From Chthonomonas calidirosea (GTDB taxonomy: Bacteria; Armatimonadota; Fimbriimonadia; Fimbriimonadales; Fimbriimonadaceae), in assembly GCA_945859975.1 (NCBI GenBank), contig CAMAPH010000027.1, positions 1 through 38,481 on the forward strand: 38,481 nucleotides of DNA, in the 5' to 3' direction. The position numbers and the translations under genes are program-made. Within the stretch, counting starts at the first letter, position 1. Every line of letters begins with the position of its first letter. This document shows, in pieces, positions 38,461-38,481 of the stretch. The notes under the pieces are model-generated. The model ran no database searches and was not told the origin of the DNA. It saw only the letters and a program-made list of their open reading frames with translations.

Positions 38461-38481
38461 GTTGTATTCTGGCCCGGGGGG

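Overview
This is a gene-dense (~57-60% GC by eye) bacterial chromosome segment. Gene content and protein style suggest a diderm of the Armatimonadota/Fimbriimonadaceae type; this is inference and was not tested. The left edge holds the C-terminus of a probable large serine recombinase that reads antisense into an initiator tRNA-Met(CAT) gene, so it is probably the boundary of an element integrated at that tRNA. Most of the window is housekeeping: AraC regulator, asd, a Tat-exported DUF1800/DUF1501 pair, ahcY, a LacI regulator with candidate operators, guaB, a Gfo/Idh/MocA oxidoreductase, an LCP protein, trmFO, a larA-like/deaminase/wecA-like/wecB/uppP/pth run, MarR, a GspE/PilB ATPase, EamA, msrB, NatAB-like ABC genes, a Cof HAD and coaX. 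The less explained parts are: (i) a ~1180-aa outer-membrane-type protein with a SprA-like motif and six internal repeats; (ii) an Ig-fold / PorV-FadL-like barrel / catalytically dead caspase-like three-gene cluster; (iii) two DM13-type exported proteins (one Met-rich) upstream of an ECF sigma/zinc anti-sigma pair converging on msrB; (iv) a small protein with a possible caspase-fold His/Cys dyad; and (v) repeated -10-like hexamers 5-8 nt before start codons, suggesting leaderless mRNAs. No CRISPR array, rRNA or transposase was seen.
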